Source: Clostridia bacterium (GTDB taxonomy: Bacteria; Pseudomonadota; Gammaproteobacteria; Burkholderiales; SG8-39). Taken from it: DNA of 64,000 bases. The stretch lies in the NCBI GenBank assembly GCA_050261755.1, contig JBLNDP010000059.1:2802-66801 (forward strand), read 5' to 3'. The translations under genes and the position numbers were made by a program. Shown here piece after piece: positions 19,698-27,773 of this stretch. The notes under the pieces are model-generated. The model saw only the letters and a program-made list of their open reading frames with translations. It searched no databases and was not told the DNA's origin. Position 1 is the stretch's first letter. Each line of letters begins with the position of its first letter.

Positions 19698-19730
19698 AAA
19701 AGCTGCCCCGGGGAGGGACCTCGGGGCAGC
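19695..19730 (-). terminator. intrinsic terminator for the minus-strand mini zinc-ribbon operon
   Basis: 9-bp perfect stem GCTGCCCCG / CGGGGCAGC. Read on the minus strand it is followed by TTTTTTAT. About 70 nt downstream of the stop at 19801. Confidence 0.65.
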
Positions 19731-19800
19731 GGCTCCAGCAGAGTCCAGCCCGCGCGATTCGGGGGTCGAGGCCGCGCGGTATGCAGGGATGCCAACGAAG

Positions 19801-19932
19801 CTAACAGCGGGCCGGCAAAATCCTTCCCGGGTATCCGAGCCGCGCCGGCGTCTTGCAGATCGGGCACACCGTTCCCGCGAACGGATAGCCGCACTTGGGG
19901 CACGGCTTCGCGTTCGGGCGCGTCTTGGTCAT
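19801..19932 (-). CDS. mini zinc-ribbon protein (43 aa); below the ORF-track size cut-off
   Basis: Hand translation: MTKTRPNAKPCPKCGYPFAGTVCPICKTPARLGYPGRILPARC. CPKC...CPIC pair. Almost all codons are G/C-ending. ATG lies 4 nt after the upstream stop. Confidence 0.55.
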   Translation of the reverse strand: MTKTRPNAKPCPKCGYPFAGTVCPICKTPARLGYPGRILPARC

Positions 19933-19936
19933 CGAC

Positions 19937-20137
19937 CTAGGACTTCCGGTCTTTCTTCGAGGCGGCGACGAGCTGCTCGCTGATGCTCAGGAGCAGGTCG
20001 CCGTGCAGGAACTCCTTCGCGCACGACATGCAGCGGTAGCGCTTGTCGATCGATGGCATCGTCGACACCGCCGGCTCGAACTCCAGGCCCTGGCAATTCG
20101 CGCAGATCGCCGATGTCTGTCCGATGGTGATTCGCAT
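19937..20137 (-). CDS. small zinc-ribbon protein (66 aa)
   Basis: ORF 19937..20173, start at MRITIGQ (GGAAGG 6 nt upstream). CANC...CMSC pair. G/C-ending codons. Confidence 0.6.
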   Translation of the reverse strand: MRITIGQTSAICANCQGLEFEPAVSTMPSIDKRYRCMSCAKEFLHGDLLLSISEQLVAASKKDRKS

Positions 20138-20202
20138 AAGTGCCTTCCGGCACCATACAGGGAGCCCTCCCACTCCATTTATCCCCCTGTCCGAAGCTCA
20201 GT

Positions 20203-20216
20203 TGTGCGTATGCACA
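20203..20216. promoter_or_regulatory. inverted repeat TGTGC-N4-GCACA upstream of the zinc-ribbon operon
   Basis: TGTGCgtatGCACA sits in the comparatively AT-rich 103-nt gap between the P-loop gene stop and the zinc-ribbon start. Function unknown. Confidence 0.2.
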
Positions 20217-20240
20217 CTTGCATCTAGCCAACGTTCTTCG

Positions 20241-20768
20241 TCAGGCGAGTCGCGTCTCGGTGATCACGCTATTCACGAATGCGGCCATGTCGGCGGTGGA
20301 CCTTAGGTGATGAACGCGCTTCTGGTTGGCAGCGGTCGACACAAGCGACCGGTATGCAGGAGTCAGGTGGCGGTGGCATAGCCAGAGCACGCGGTAGCTG
20401 CTGATCGTGCTGCTGATCATCGGGCTGCCTTCCGGCCATCCCTCCGGCGTAACGAACAATCCCTTCACAAAACGCTTCGTCACCCAAAGGAAGTGGTTGA
20501 AGAGGGGCAGATCGACATAGATGAGCGTATCTGCCGCGGCGAACCGCTCCCACGCGGACTCGCGGCAACCGAAGCCGTCGATGATCCACGCCTCGCGCCT
20601 GAGCAACTCCGCATGCGCTTTCCGATACTCGTCGTGAGCGATCTTCTTCGCGCCGGGATACTGAATCATGTCCAACGGATAGAGCGGTATGCGCGTCAGC
20701 TCCGCCAGCTTCCTGGCCAGGGTCGACTTGCCGCCGCCTGCGTTTCCGAAAACCGCAACCTTCTTCAT
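20241..20768 (-). CDS. P-loop NTPase, adenylate-kinase/topology-modulation (FlaR)-like
   Basis: Walker A VFGNAGGGKSTLARKL, then WIIDGFG and a LIYVDLP layout. More A/T-ending codons than neighbouring genes. Confidence 0.7.
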   Translation of the reverse strand: MKKVAVFGNAGGGKSTLARKLAELTRIPLYPLDMIQYPGAKKIAHDEYRKAHAELLRREAWIIDGFGCRESAWERFAAADTLIYVDLPLFNHFLWVTKRFVKGLFVTPEGWPEGSPMISSTISSYRVLWLCHRHLTPAYRSLVSTAANQKRVHHLRSTADMAAFVNSVITETRLA

Positions 20769-20820
20769 GCCGCGACTATACGATGAGGCGAATCAGGCAC
20801 AATGCGGACGAAAGGGGCGC

Positions 20821-20843
20821 AAATCGGTAGACGTCCCCGATTT
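20821..20843. repeat. 23-nt hairpin repeat, copy 1 (aroQ leader)
   Basis: AAATCGGTAGACGTCCCCGATTT is identical to 52411..52433. The arms AAATCGG/CCGATTT are reverse complements around a GACGTC core. Confidence 0.8.
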
Positions 20844-20857
20844 TCCAGGGAGCGCGG

Positions 20858-21304
20858 ATGGCGAAGGCGATCTATGTGTTGAACGGGCCGAACCTGAACC
20901 GGCTGGGCACGCGCGAGCCGGAGGTGTACGGCCGCACGACGCTGGCGGACATCGAGAAGATGTGCCGCAAGGCGGCGGGGAGCCATCCCATCGAGTTCCG
21001 CCAGTCGAATTTCGAGGGGCAGCTCGTCGAGTGGGTCCACGAGGCGATCGACAAGGGGGCGGCGATCCTCATCAATCCGGCCGGGCTCACGTTCACGTCC
21101 ATTCCCCTCATGGATGCGCTCAAGATGTTCCCGGGGCCGATCATCGAGCTCCACATCTCCAACGTGCACAAGCGCGAGCCGATCTATCACAACTCGCTCG
21201 TGTCGAAGGTCGCCACCGGGGTCATGGCGGGCCTGGGGGCTGACGGATATCCGACAGCGATTGGCGCGCTCCTCAGGATGCTCAAGGGAGCGAAGAAGAA
21301 GTAA
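20858..21304 (+). CDS. aroQ: type II 3-dehydroquinate dehydratase
   Basis: Motifs VLNGPNLNRLGTREPEVYG, INPAGLTFTS and ELHISNVHKRE. Confidence 0.95.
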   Translation: MAKAIYVLNGPNLNRLGTREPEVYGRTTLADIEKMCRKAAGSHPIEFRQSNFEGQLVEWVHEAIDKGAAILINPAGLTFTSIPLMDALKMFPGPIIELHISNVHKREPIYHNSLVSKVATGVMAGLGADGYPTAIGALLRMLKGAKKK

Positions 21305-21382
21305 CGGCGCGTCGTCGCGAAAACGGCGATACACGAATGCGCCGGATTCGACCGGCGCCCGGCAGACAAAGCGCGGATCGCC

Positions 21383-21667
21383 TTGCTAGCGTTAGGCGTG
21401 GTCAGCGCTCCGCGCGTTTACGTGAGGGTCCAGTCGGGCAAGACGGGCAAGATCCGCCTGCTCGACCTTGCGTACGTCGGCGAGGAGCCCGCGGCGGTGC
21501 GGACCTGGGCGCTCGTGAACGGCGAGCGCTCGCCCAGCCGCTATCACATCCTCGACGTGAAGCTCCTGCGGCCGGGCGCGAGGCCCGGCACGTGGTGGTA
21601 CGAGGGAATCGTCAGCGGCTCGCCCGCGCGATGTCGGCTTCCAGCAGCGCGCGCAGCTCGGGCGTGA
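21383..21667 (+). CDS. hypothetical protein (uncertain)
   Basis: ORF with G/C-ending codons and no recognisable motif. Its last ~56 nt overlap the convergent aroE 3' end. The true start may be the GTG giving VRVQSGK. Confidence 0.3.
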   Translation: MLALGVVSAPRVYVRVQSGKTGKIRLLDLAYVGEEPAAVRTWALVNGERSPSRYHILDVKLLRPGARPGTWWYEGIVSGSPARCRLPAARAARA

Positions 21668-22454
21668 CCCGCGGGTCGCCGCCGAACCATTTCCTGAAGC
21701 CGTAGCCCGCCTGCTGCAGCAGCATGCCGAGCCCGTCGACGACGCGATGGCCGCGGCTGCGAGCCTCGCGAAGGAGCGCGGTCTCGAGCGGCACGTAGAT
21801 CACGTCGGACACGACGGCGCTTCGCTTCAGCGGCGCGAGGTCCAGCTCGAGCGGCGGCTTGCCCTGCATGCCGAGCGACGTGCAGTTCACGAGAAGGTCG
21901 GCGTCACGCAGCAGGGCGGGCAGGGCGTCCATGCCGTGCGCGCTGGCGCTGAAGCGCGCTGCCAGCTCGTCTGCTCGCTCGCGGCTGCGGTTCACGATGC
22001 GGACCTGCACGCCGCGCTGGCGCAGCGCGTACGCCGCCGAGCGCGCCGCGCCTCCGGCGCCGAGGATCACTGCGCGGCACGACGGCACCTGCCAGCCCGG
22101 CGCCTGGTCGTCGAGGTTCGCCATGAAGCCGGGCACGTCGGAGTTGCCGCCCATGAGGCGGCCGTTCTCGAGCCACAGCACGTTGAGCGCGCCCACGGCT
22201 TCGGAGGCCTCGTCGCGCTGCTCCGCGAGCCGGTACGCGGCTTCCTTGTGGGGGAGGGTGACGTTGCCGCCGACATAGCCCCTTTTTTCCATTTCGCTGA
22301 CGAAGGGGGCGAACGCGCCGGGCTCCAGGTCCATGAAGTCGTAGGAGCCCTCGATGCCGAGCTGCTTCAGCCAGTAGTTGTGGATGAGCGGCGAGCGCGA
22401 ATGGGCCACCGGGTGTCCCATGATGCAAGCGCGTCGCATGTGGGGGCGGGTCAT
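21612..22454 (-). CDS. aroE: shikimate dehydrogenase
   Basis: Motifs GHPVAHSRSPLIHNYW, NVTLPHK, GAGGAARS and NCTSLGM. Confidence 0.95.
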   Translation of the reverse strand: MTRPHMRRACIMGHPVAHSRSPLIHNYWLKQLGIEGSYDFMDLEPGAFAPFVSEMEKRGYVGGNVTLPHKEAAYRLAEQRDEASEAVGALNVLWLENGRLMGGNSDVPGFMANLDDQAPGWQVPSCRAVILGAGGAARSAAYALRQRGVQVRIVNRSRERADELAARFSASAHGMDALPALLRDADLLVNCTSLGMQGKPPLELDLAPLKRSAVVSDVIYVPLETALLREARSRGHRVVDGLGMLLQQAGYGFRKWFGGDPRVTPELRALLEADIARASR

Positions 22455-23152
22455 CGCTTGGAGTCCAGCTCCGGATAATGCCGGAAGATGCCCATCTCAT
22501 TGAACGGGATTCGCCGCCCGGAGCGCAGGTAGGCGGCGATGCGCGGCGCGGCAGCGACGCGGTCGTGCAGCGCGATGCAGCGCGGATGGCGCGGCTCGAG
22601 TCGCCGCATCGCGTTGGGGAAGGCGTAGCGCAAGCCCTCGATCATCTGGAAGAGGGAGAGGTCTGCGTAGGTCAGCCGGCTTTTCGGTTCGACCACCGAT
22701 TCGAAATAACCGAGAAACTTCCCGAGGCGATTGCGGCGGAAATCCTCCGAGCGCCGGCGCGACTCCCGCTTCTGGTCCTCGTAGTAGAGCCCCGAGCCGA
22801 TCGGATGATGCGTGTCGTGCGCCTCGACGAGCCAGTCGGCAATGGTGAGCTGGCGCTGGTGAACGAGGAGCCGCGCCGGCTCGCTCTTCGGCGCGAGCCC
22901 AAGGCGGGGCCCCAGGTAGAGCAGGATGTTGGCCGTCTGCGCGATGAGCAGCTTCCCCGCGCGAAGGAAAGGCGGGGCAAAAGGCTTCATCGGCGAGCGC
23001 TTTTCCAGGAGGGATGTCATGGCGGCCATGCCGCCCGGGCGGCGGCAGACGTCGTCATAGGGGACGCCGACGTATTCGAGCGCAAGGCGGACGAACTCGC
23101 CTCGCCCCTGGATCCCGGGCCAGTAGTAGAGCTGATAGCGCATCCGGACCAT
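22451..23152 (-). CDS. glutathione S-transferase family protein
   Basis: Internal Met of ORF 22451..23362 (MVRMRYQLYYWPGIQGRGEFVRLAL). 4-nt overlap with the aroE start. An alternative start is at 23143. Confidence 0.7.
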   Translation of the reverse strand: MVRMRYQLYYWPGIQGRGEFVRLALEYVGVPYDDVCRRPGGMAAMTSLLEKRSPMKPFAPPFLRAGKLLIAQTANILLYLGPRLGLAPKSEPARLLVHQRQLTIADWLVEAHDTHHPIGSGLYYEDQKRESRRRSEDFRRNRLGKFLGYFESVVEPKSRLTYADLSLFQMIEGLRYAFPNAMRRLEPRHPRCIALHDRVAAAPRIAAYLRSGRRIPFNEMGIFRHYPELDSKR

Positions 23153-23189
23153 CCTCGCTGGGAATGAAGGTTGCAAGTAGACCCCAGGA

Positions 23190-23852
23190 ATGGACGCGCG
23201 GGAAGAGGAAGTCGTCGGTTGCCCGACCTGCGGCCTCGTGCAGCGGGTGCCCCTGCTGCGCGTTCGCGAAGAGTCGCTGTGCTGCCGGTGCGGCTCGGAG
23301 CTCGAGCACTCGGCCACCCCGAGCACCGTCCCGACGCTCGCGTTCTCGCTCGCCGCGCTCATCTTCTACGTGCCGGCCAACATCTTTCCCATCCTCACCA
23401 TGCAGCGCTATGGCCTGCACTCGGATACGACCGTGTGGCAGGGCGTAGTGGAGCTCGCGCGCACCGGCTACTGGTTCGTTGCGGCGATCGTCTTCATGGC
23501 GAGCATGGCCGTGCCGCTCGTCAAGCTCGCCGGCCTCTTCTTCCTCGGCATCACGGCGCAGCTGAAGACGCGGCGCTGGCGCCGCCAGCGCACGCTCATC
23601 TACCGCTTCATCGACGTCATCGGGCCCTGGGCGATGCTCGACGTCTTCATGCTCGCGGTGCTCGTAGCGCTGGTGCGCCTCGGCGCTCTCGCGACGGTGC
23701 TCCCCGGCCGCGGGCTGCTCGCCTTCACGCTGGTGGTGCTCTTCACGCTGCTCGCATCGTCCTTCTTCAACCCGCGCCTCATCTGGCGCGGCTATGACGC
23801 CTGCGACGAGGAATGGAGCCGCAAGTCGACGCCCGCGCGAGGCGCGGCGTGA
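23190..23852 (+). CDS. paraquat-inducible protein A (PqiA) family, single-module form
   Basis: Zinc-ribbon CPTCG...CCRCG, then PANIFPILTM and PWAMLDVF transmembrane motifs. About half the length of two-module PqiA. Confidence 0.8.
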   Translation: MDAREEEVVGCPTCGLVQRVPLLRVREESLCCRCGSELEHSATPSTVPTLAFSLAALIFYVPANIFPILTMQRYGLHSDTTVWQGVVELARTGYWFVAAIVFMASMAVPLVKLAGLFFLGITAQLKTRRWRRQRTLIYRFIDVIGPWAMLDVFMLAVLVALVRLGALATVLPGRGLLAFTLVVLFTLLASSFFNPRLIWRGYDACDEEWSRKSTPARGAA

Positions 23853-24736
23853 CCGGCGAGGAAATCCCCCGCGCGCGCGTCCGGCGCCGCAGCCACTGGA
23901 TCCACGCCATGTGGATCGTGCCGATCGTCGCCGCGGCGGTCGCCGGCTGGCTGATCTGGGATCGCATGCGCACGATGGGGCCGGCGATCACCATCGAGTT
24001 CCGCGACGGCGGCGGGCTGCGCGCCGGACAGACGCCGATCAAGTACCGCGGCGTGCAGGTCGGCGAGGTGAGCAGCGTGGACCTGAGCGAGGACCACTCG
24101 AGGGTCCTCGTGCGCGCGCGCCTGCAGCGCAGCGCCGCGACGCTGGCCCGCGAGGGCGCCGTCTTCTGGGTGGTGCGGCCGCAGGTGGGCTGGGGGCAGG
24201 TGAGCGGCCTCAACACCGTGATCAGCGGCCCGGAGATCCAGGTGATCGAAGGCAAGGGCGCGCCCGCGCGCCGCTTCACCGGCATCGAGCATGCTCCGGT
24301 CGGGATGGGCGAGCCCGGCCTGAAGGTCGTGCTCAAGGCCGACCACCCCGTGTCGCTTCGCCCGAGCACGCCGGTCTTCTATCGCGGCGTCGAGGTGGGT
24401 GTCGTGCAGGAGATCCGCCTGGCGCGCGACGCGCGCGCCGCGGACGTCCACGTGCTCGTCTACCAACGCTACGCCCATCTCGTGCGCACCGGCTCGGCGT
24501 TCTGGAACGCGAGCGGCATCGATTTCAAGGCGGGGCTCTTCAAGGGCGTCGAGGTCAACCTCGAGTCGCTGCGGGCGCTCGTGGCCGGCGGCATCGAGTT
24601 CGCCAGTCCCGAAGGCGCCCCGCGCGCCAAGTCGGGCACCGTCTTCTTCCTGCACAAGAAGCCCGAGCAGCAATGGCTGGCGTGGTCGCCGAAGCTGCCG
24701 GTCCCGCAGGAAGAAAACGCGTCGGTCGGCCGCTAG
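23813..24736 (+). CDS. MlaD/PqiB-like MCE-domain protein (two MCE domains)
   Basis: N-terminal transmembrane helix WIVPIVAAAVAGWLIW. Two MCE repeats (IKYRGVQVGEV...; VFYRGVEVGVV...). The start is more likely the GTG at 23849, which overlaps the pqiA stop (GTGA). Confidence 0.8.
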   Translation: MEPQVDARARRGVTGEEIPRARVRRRSHWIHAMWIVPIVAAAVAGWLIWDRMRTMGPAITIEFRDGGGLRAGQTPIKYRGVQVGEVSSVDLSEDHSRVLVRARLQRSAATLAREGAVFWVVRPQVGWGQVSGLNTVISGPEIQVIEGKGAPARRFTGIEHAPVGMGEPGLKVVLKADHPVSLRPSTPVFYRGVEVGVVQEIRLARDARAADVHVLVYQRYAHLVRTGSAFWNASGIDFKAGLFKGVEVNLESLRALVAGGIEFASPEGAPRAKSGTVFFLHKKPEQQWLAWSPKLPVPQEENASVGR

Positions 24737-25305
24737 CGGGCGAGGACGTACGCCGGAACGGCTCGACGGTCCACCAGGCGGCGGCGCCCGGCCTCCAGCT
24801 GCCCGCCGTGGATGCGCCGCTCGAGGCCGCTCCGGCGCTCGACCGGCCGGCGCAGTAGTACGTAGGCGAGCGCGAGGACGAGGCCGAAGAGCGCGTGCGT
24901 CGCGATGACGGCAGGCATGGCGCGCAGGGCGACCATCCATGGCGCGTAGAGCGGTGCAAACAAATAGAAGTCGACCGCGTAGATCGCCAGCCCGAAGAGG
25001 ATGCCGATGGCGAGGCTGGTGCCGAGCGAAGAGGCGCGCATGAGCGCAGCGCCGATGAGGCCGAACAACACCGCCAGGGTGAAGTGCACGGCCATGGCGA
25101 CGAGGAAGAGGCTGAGGCGAAAGCCGTCCGGCGCCTGCAGCACGTCTGCTCCCAGCGCGATGGCCGCCGTGGCCTTCATTCCCGCCCAAGGGGAGGCGCC
25201 CTGGACGAGCGCGAGGCCGGTGAGCACGGCCTCGTCGACGATTCCGGCGATGATGCCGGCCAGGAAGCCGGCGCGATAGTCAGCAGTGTGGGAGCGCAGG
25301 TCCAT
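24733..25305 (-). CDS. hypothetical integral membrane protein (about 4-5 transmembrane helices)
   Basis: Hydrophobic helices (GFLAGIIAGIV, LFLVAMAVHFTLAVLFGLIGAAL, LAIGILFGLAIYAV, VIATHALFGLVLALAYVLL). No family motif recognised. Confidence 0.6.
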   Translation of the reverse strand: MDLRSHTADYRAGFLAGIIAGIVDEAVLTGLALVQGASPWAGMKATAAIALGADVLQAPDGFRLSLFLVAMAVHFTLAVLFGLIGAALMRASSLGTSLAIGILFGLAIYAVDFYLFAPLYAPWMVALRAMPAVIATHALFGLVLALAYVLLRRPVERRSGLERRIHGGQLEAGRRRLVDRRAVPAYVLAR

Positions 25306-25352
25306 GTCCCGCGCCGAGCAAAGTGCGTGCCGGTTACACCGCCAGCGGCCGG

Positions 25353-25862
25353 CTAGAGGACGACCGGGCGGTCGGGCAGCTCATTGTCGCCGCCGGCCGT
25401 CTTGGGAAAGGCCTTCTTGAGGAGCCGGGTCGCGCGCGCGATGCCCTCCAGGCTGCCGGCGGCGAACTCGCCCCGGCGGAAAGCCGTTTCCATGGCCCGG
25501 CACACTTCTTCCCACTCCGCCTGCGACACCTTGCGGGCGATGCCGCGGTCGGCGACGACGTCGATGTGGCGGCTCACGAGCTGCACGTAGATCAGGACGC
25601 CGCTGTTGCGCTCCGTGTCCCACACACGCAGCGCGGCAAAGAGGTCCTCGGCCCGCCGGCGCGACGAGTGCTTGCGGAAGAGGTGCTGGAGCGGCAGGCT
25701 CGCTTCCGCCACGAAGCGAAGCTGCCCGTCGTGCTCGCGCTCCGAGGCCCGGATCGCCTCTTCGATCTTCCGCAAGGTGTCGGTGGAAAGAAGGCTGCGC
25801 GCGTACCAATCCGGCACGAACAGGTGCTTCACGAAGCGCAGCGCTTTCCTACCAGCTGCCAC
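25353..25862 (-). CDS. TPM-domain protein (cytoplasmic type, LemA-operon partner)
   Basis: Part of ORF 25353..26060. Start set at the GTG at 25862, which overlaps the upstream stop. Motifs HDGQLRFVAE and NSGVLIYVQLVSRHIDVVADRGI. Confidence 0.7.
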   Translation of the reverse strand: MAAGRKALRFVKHLFVPDWYARSLLSTDTLRKIEEAIRASEREHDGQLRFVAEASLPLQHLFRKHSSRRRAEDLFAALRVWDTERNSGVLIYVQLVSRHIDVVADRGIARKVSQAEWEEVCRAMETAFRRGEFAAGSLEGIARATRLLKKAFPKTAGGDNELPDRPVVL

Positions 25863-26730
25863 TTGCGCCTCCGCCGCCGGAGCTGCCGCCGCCGCCGCTG
25901 AACCCGCCGCCGCCACCGCCGAAGCCGCCGCCGCCAAATCCGCCGCCTGAGCTCCAGCCGCCACCGCCCCAGCCGCCGCGGCCCGTGGCCTGGATGCCGC
26001 TGATGAGCGAGAAAAAGAACGCAAAGAGCGCCGCGGCCATCGCCGCGATGAGCGAGCCAAGGAGCAGCCACACGCCGAAGCCGATCAGGGTCGCGACGAT
26101 GCCGCCGCCGATGAAACGGCCGAAGATGGCCTTCAGGATCCCGCCGCCGACCATGAGCAGGATGAAGAGCGGGAACAGGTACTGCGTGAAGTCATGCCCC
26201 ATCGCGGAGGAAGCGGCCCGCGCGGGCGGCGGCAGCGGCTCGCCTTCGATCGTGCGCATGACCCGGTCGAGGCCGGCGCGGATGCCGCCGTAGAAATCGC
26301 CCTGGCGGAAGCGCGGCGTGATCTCGTCCTCGATGATGCGCTTCGCCGCCGCATCCGGAATCGCGCCCTCGAGGCCGTAGCCGACTTCGAACCTCAGCCT
26401 CCTGTCGTCCTTCGCAATGACGAGGAGAACCGAGTCGTCCACGCCCTTGCGGCCGAGCTTCCACGCTTCCTCCACGCGCACCGCGTATTGCTCGATGGTC
26501 TCGGGCTGCGTGGTGGGGACGATGAGGACCGCGATCTGCGCGCCCTTGCGGTGCTCGAATTCCGCCAGGGTTTTTTCCAGGACGTCCTTCTGGGAAGCGT
26601 TCAGCGTGGCGGTCTGGTCCGTCACGCGCGACTGCAACGGGGGGATCGCGACCGCGGCGGCCGCCACAAGGATCGCGGCGCCGAGCGCCGCGATGCCGAC
26701 GCGGAGAAGCTTACTTGGTAGAGAAGTCAA
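25849..26730 (-). CDS. TPM-domain (YgcG-like) membrane protein with a Gly-rich C-terminal tail
   Basis: Signal/transmembrane segment, then VTDQTATL..., GAQIAVLIVPT and LLVIAKDDRRLRFEVGYGLEG, transmembrane helices, and a GGWGGGGWSSGGGFGGGGFGGGGGG tail. Confidence 0.8.
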   Translation of the reverse strand: MTSLPSKLLRVGIAALGAAILVAAAAVAIPPLQSRVTDQTATLNASQKDVLEKTLAEFEHRKGAQIAVLIVPTTQPETIEQYAVRVEEAWKLGRKGVDDSVLLVIAKDDRRLRFEVGYGLEGAIPDAAAKRIIEDEITPRFRQGDFYGGIRAGLDRVMRTIEGEPLPPPARAASSAMGHDFTQYLFPLFILLMVGGGILKAIFGRFIGGGIVATLIGFGVWLLLGSLIAAMAAALFAFFFSLISGIQATGRGGWGGGGWSSGGGFGGGGFGGGGGGFSGGGGSSGGGGASGSW

Positions 26731-27307
26731 CTTTCGGCGGCGCCGAGATCGCCTTCTCGTTCTCCACCGTGAACTGCGGCTTTTCCTTCATGCCGAACAT
26801 CATCGCCGTGAGGTTGGTGGGGAAGGAGCGTACCGTGACGTTGTAGTCCTGCACGGCGCGGATATAGCGCTGGCGCGAGACGGCGATGCGGTTCTCGGTG
26901 CCCTCGAGCTGCGCCTGCAGGTCGCGGAAGTTGGCGTCGGACTTGAGCTGCGGGTAGGCCTCCGCCACGACCATCAGGCGATTGAGCGCGCCCGTGAGCT
27001 CGCCCTGCGCCTGGGTGAATTTCTGGAAGGCGGCCGGGTCGTTGATGAGCTCGGGGGTCGCCTGGATGGTGCCGACCTTCGCGCGGGCGTTGGTCACGTC
27101 GATCAGCACCTTCTGCTCCTGCTGCGCGAAGCCCTTTACCGTGTTGACCAGGTTGGGGACCAGGTCGGCGCGGCGCTGGTACTGGTTGAGTACTTCGGAC
27201 CATGCCGCCTTGATCGACTCGTCCTGCTGCTGCATGGTGTTGTAGCCGCAGCCCGAAAGCGAGAAAAACGCTGCCAGGGCGAGGACGTACGGGAGGAAGC
27301 GTCGCAT
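26711..27307 (-). CDS. LemA family protein
   Basis: Lipobox LSGC, plus NQYQRRADLVPNLV, AEAYPQLKSD and NRIAVSRQRY. Confidence 0.9.
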   Translation of the reverse strand: MRRFLPYVLALAAFFSLSGCGYNTMQQQDESIKAAWSEVLNQYQRRADLVPNLVNTVKGFAQQEQKVLIDVTNARAKVGTIQATPELINDPAAFQKFTQAQGELTGALNRLMVVAEAYPQLKSDANFRDLQAQLEGTENRIAVSRQRYIRAVQDYNVTVRSFPTNLTAMMFGMKEKPQFTVENEKAISAPPKVDFSTK

Positions 27308-27410
27308 GCGGGACCCCTTCGGCTATTGGTCTTATACGCCCCCAAGGTAGGGGCGTAACGGGCTATTTCAAGCGGCACGGGCTTTGCACATCATTGGCGC
27401 GGAGGCGCCC

Positions 27411-27773
27411 ATGAACCGTATCGTACTCGCAGCCCTTCTCTCCCTGCCTGCGATCGCTTTCGCGCAGAGAGCCGTGAACGTCGACCCGGCCGCCATCGAC
27501 CAGGCGCGGCGCGAGCGCGCCATGGAGCTGCAGCAGGACCGCGAGGCGCGCATCGACCGGGCGCGGCAGAAATGCATCGCGAACCGCGGCGTCGACTGCG
27601 ACACCATGGAAGGCCTGCAGGAGTGGCTGCTCCTCGACCGGAGCAGGGCCGAGGCGGTGCTCGACCGCGTCGACCCGCTGGGCACCGGCTCGGCGTCCAC
27701 GGGCTCGTCCGCCGTTCCCGGCGTGAACGTCCCCGATACTTCGCCGCGGAACTCGTCCGCGGTGCCGCGCTAG
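27411..27773 (+). CDS. small secreted protein with a conserved Cys motif (paralogue of 19401..19697)
   Basis: Internal Met of ORF 27384..27773 (GGAGG 5 nt upstream). Signal peptide MNRIVLAALLSLPAIAFAQ. Motif RQKCIANRGVDCDTMEGLQEWLLLDRSRAEAV. Confidence 0.65.
   Translation: MNRIVLAALLSLPAIAFAQRAVNVDPAAIDQARRERAMELQQDREARIDRARQKCIANRGVDCDTMEGLQEWLLLDRSRAEAVLDRVDPLGTGSASTGSSAVPGVNVPDTSPRNSSAVPR

Noticed and set aside
20241-20768. The P-loop NTPase divergent from aroQ, considered as a shikimate kinase completing an aro cluster.
   Set aside because: The sequence layout (GGGKSTLARKL...WIIDGFG...LIYVDLP) matches the adenylate-kinase/FlaR-like family rather than AroK/AroL motifs. The adjacency alone is insufficient.
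19800-20860. Stretch with more A/T-ending codons (zinc-ribbon genes, P-loop gene), considered as a mobile or genomic island.
   Set aside because: There is no integrase or transposase, no flanking direct repeats and no tRNA target. The compositional shift is modest. It is reported only as context for the zinc-ribbon finding.
25852-25990. Repetitive GCC/GCCGCC-type DNA that looks like a tandem repeat or microsatellite.
   Set aside because: It is the coding sequence of the poly-Gly tail of the TPM/YgcG-like protein (minus strand). It is not an independent repeat element or CRISPR-like array.
27341-27361. Hairpin ACGCCCC-caaggta-GGGGCGT in the LemA / small-secreted-protein divergent gap.
   Set aside because: It is a short stem in GC-rich DNA with no U-run and no second copy seen. 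I cannot distinguish it from chance secondary structure.
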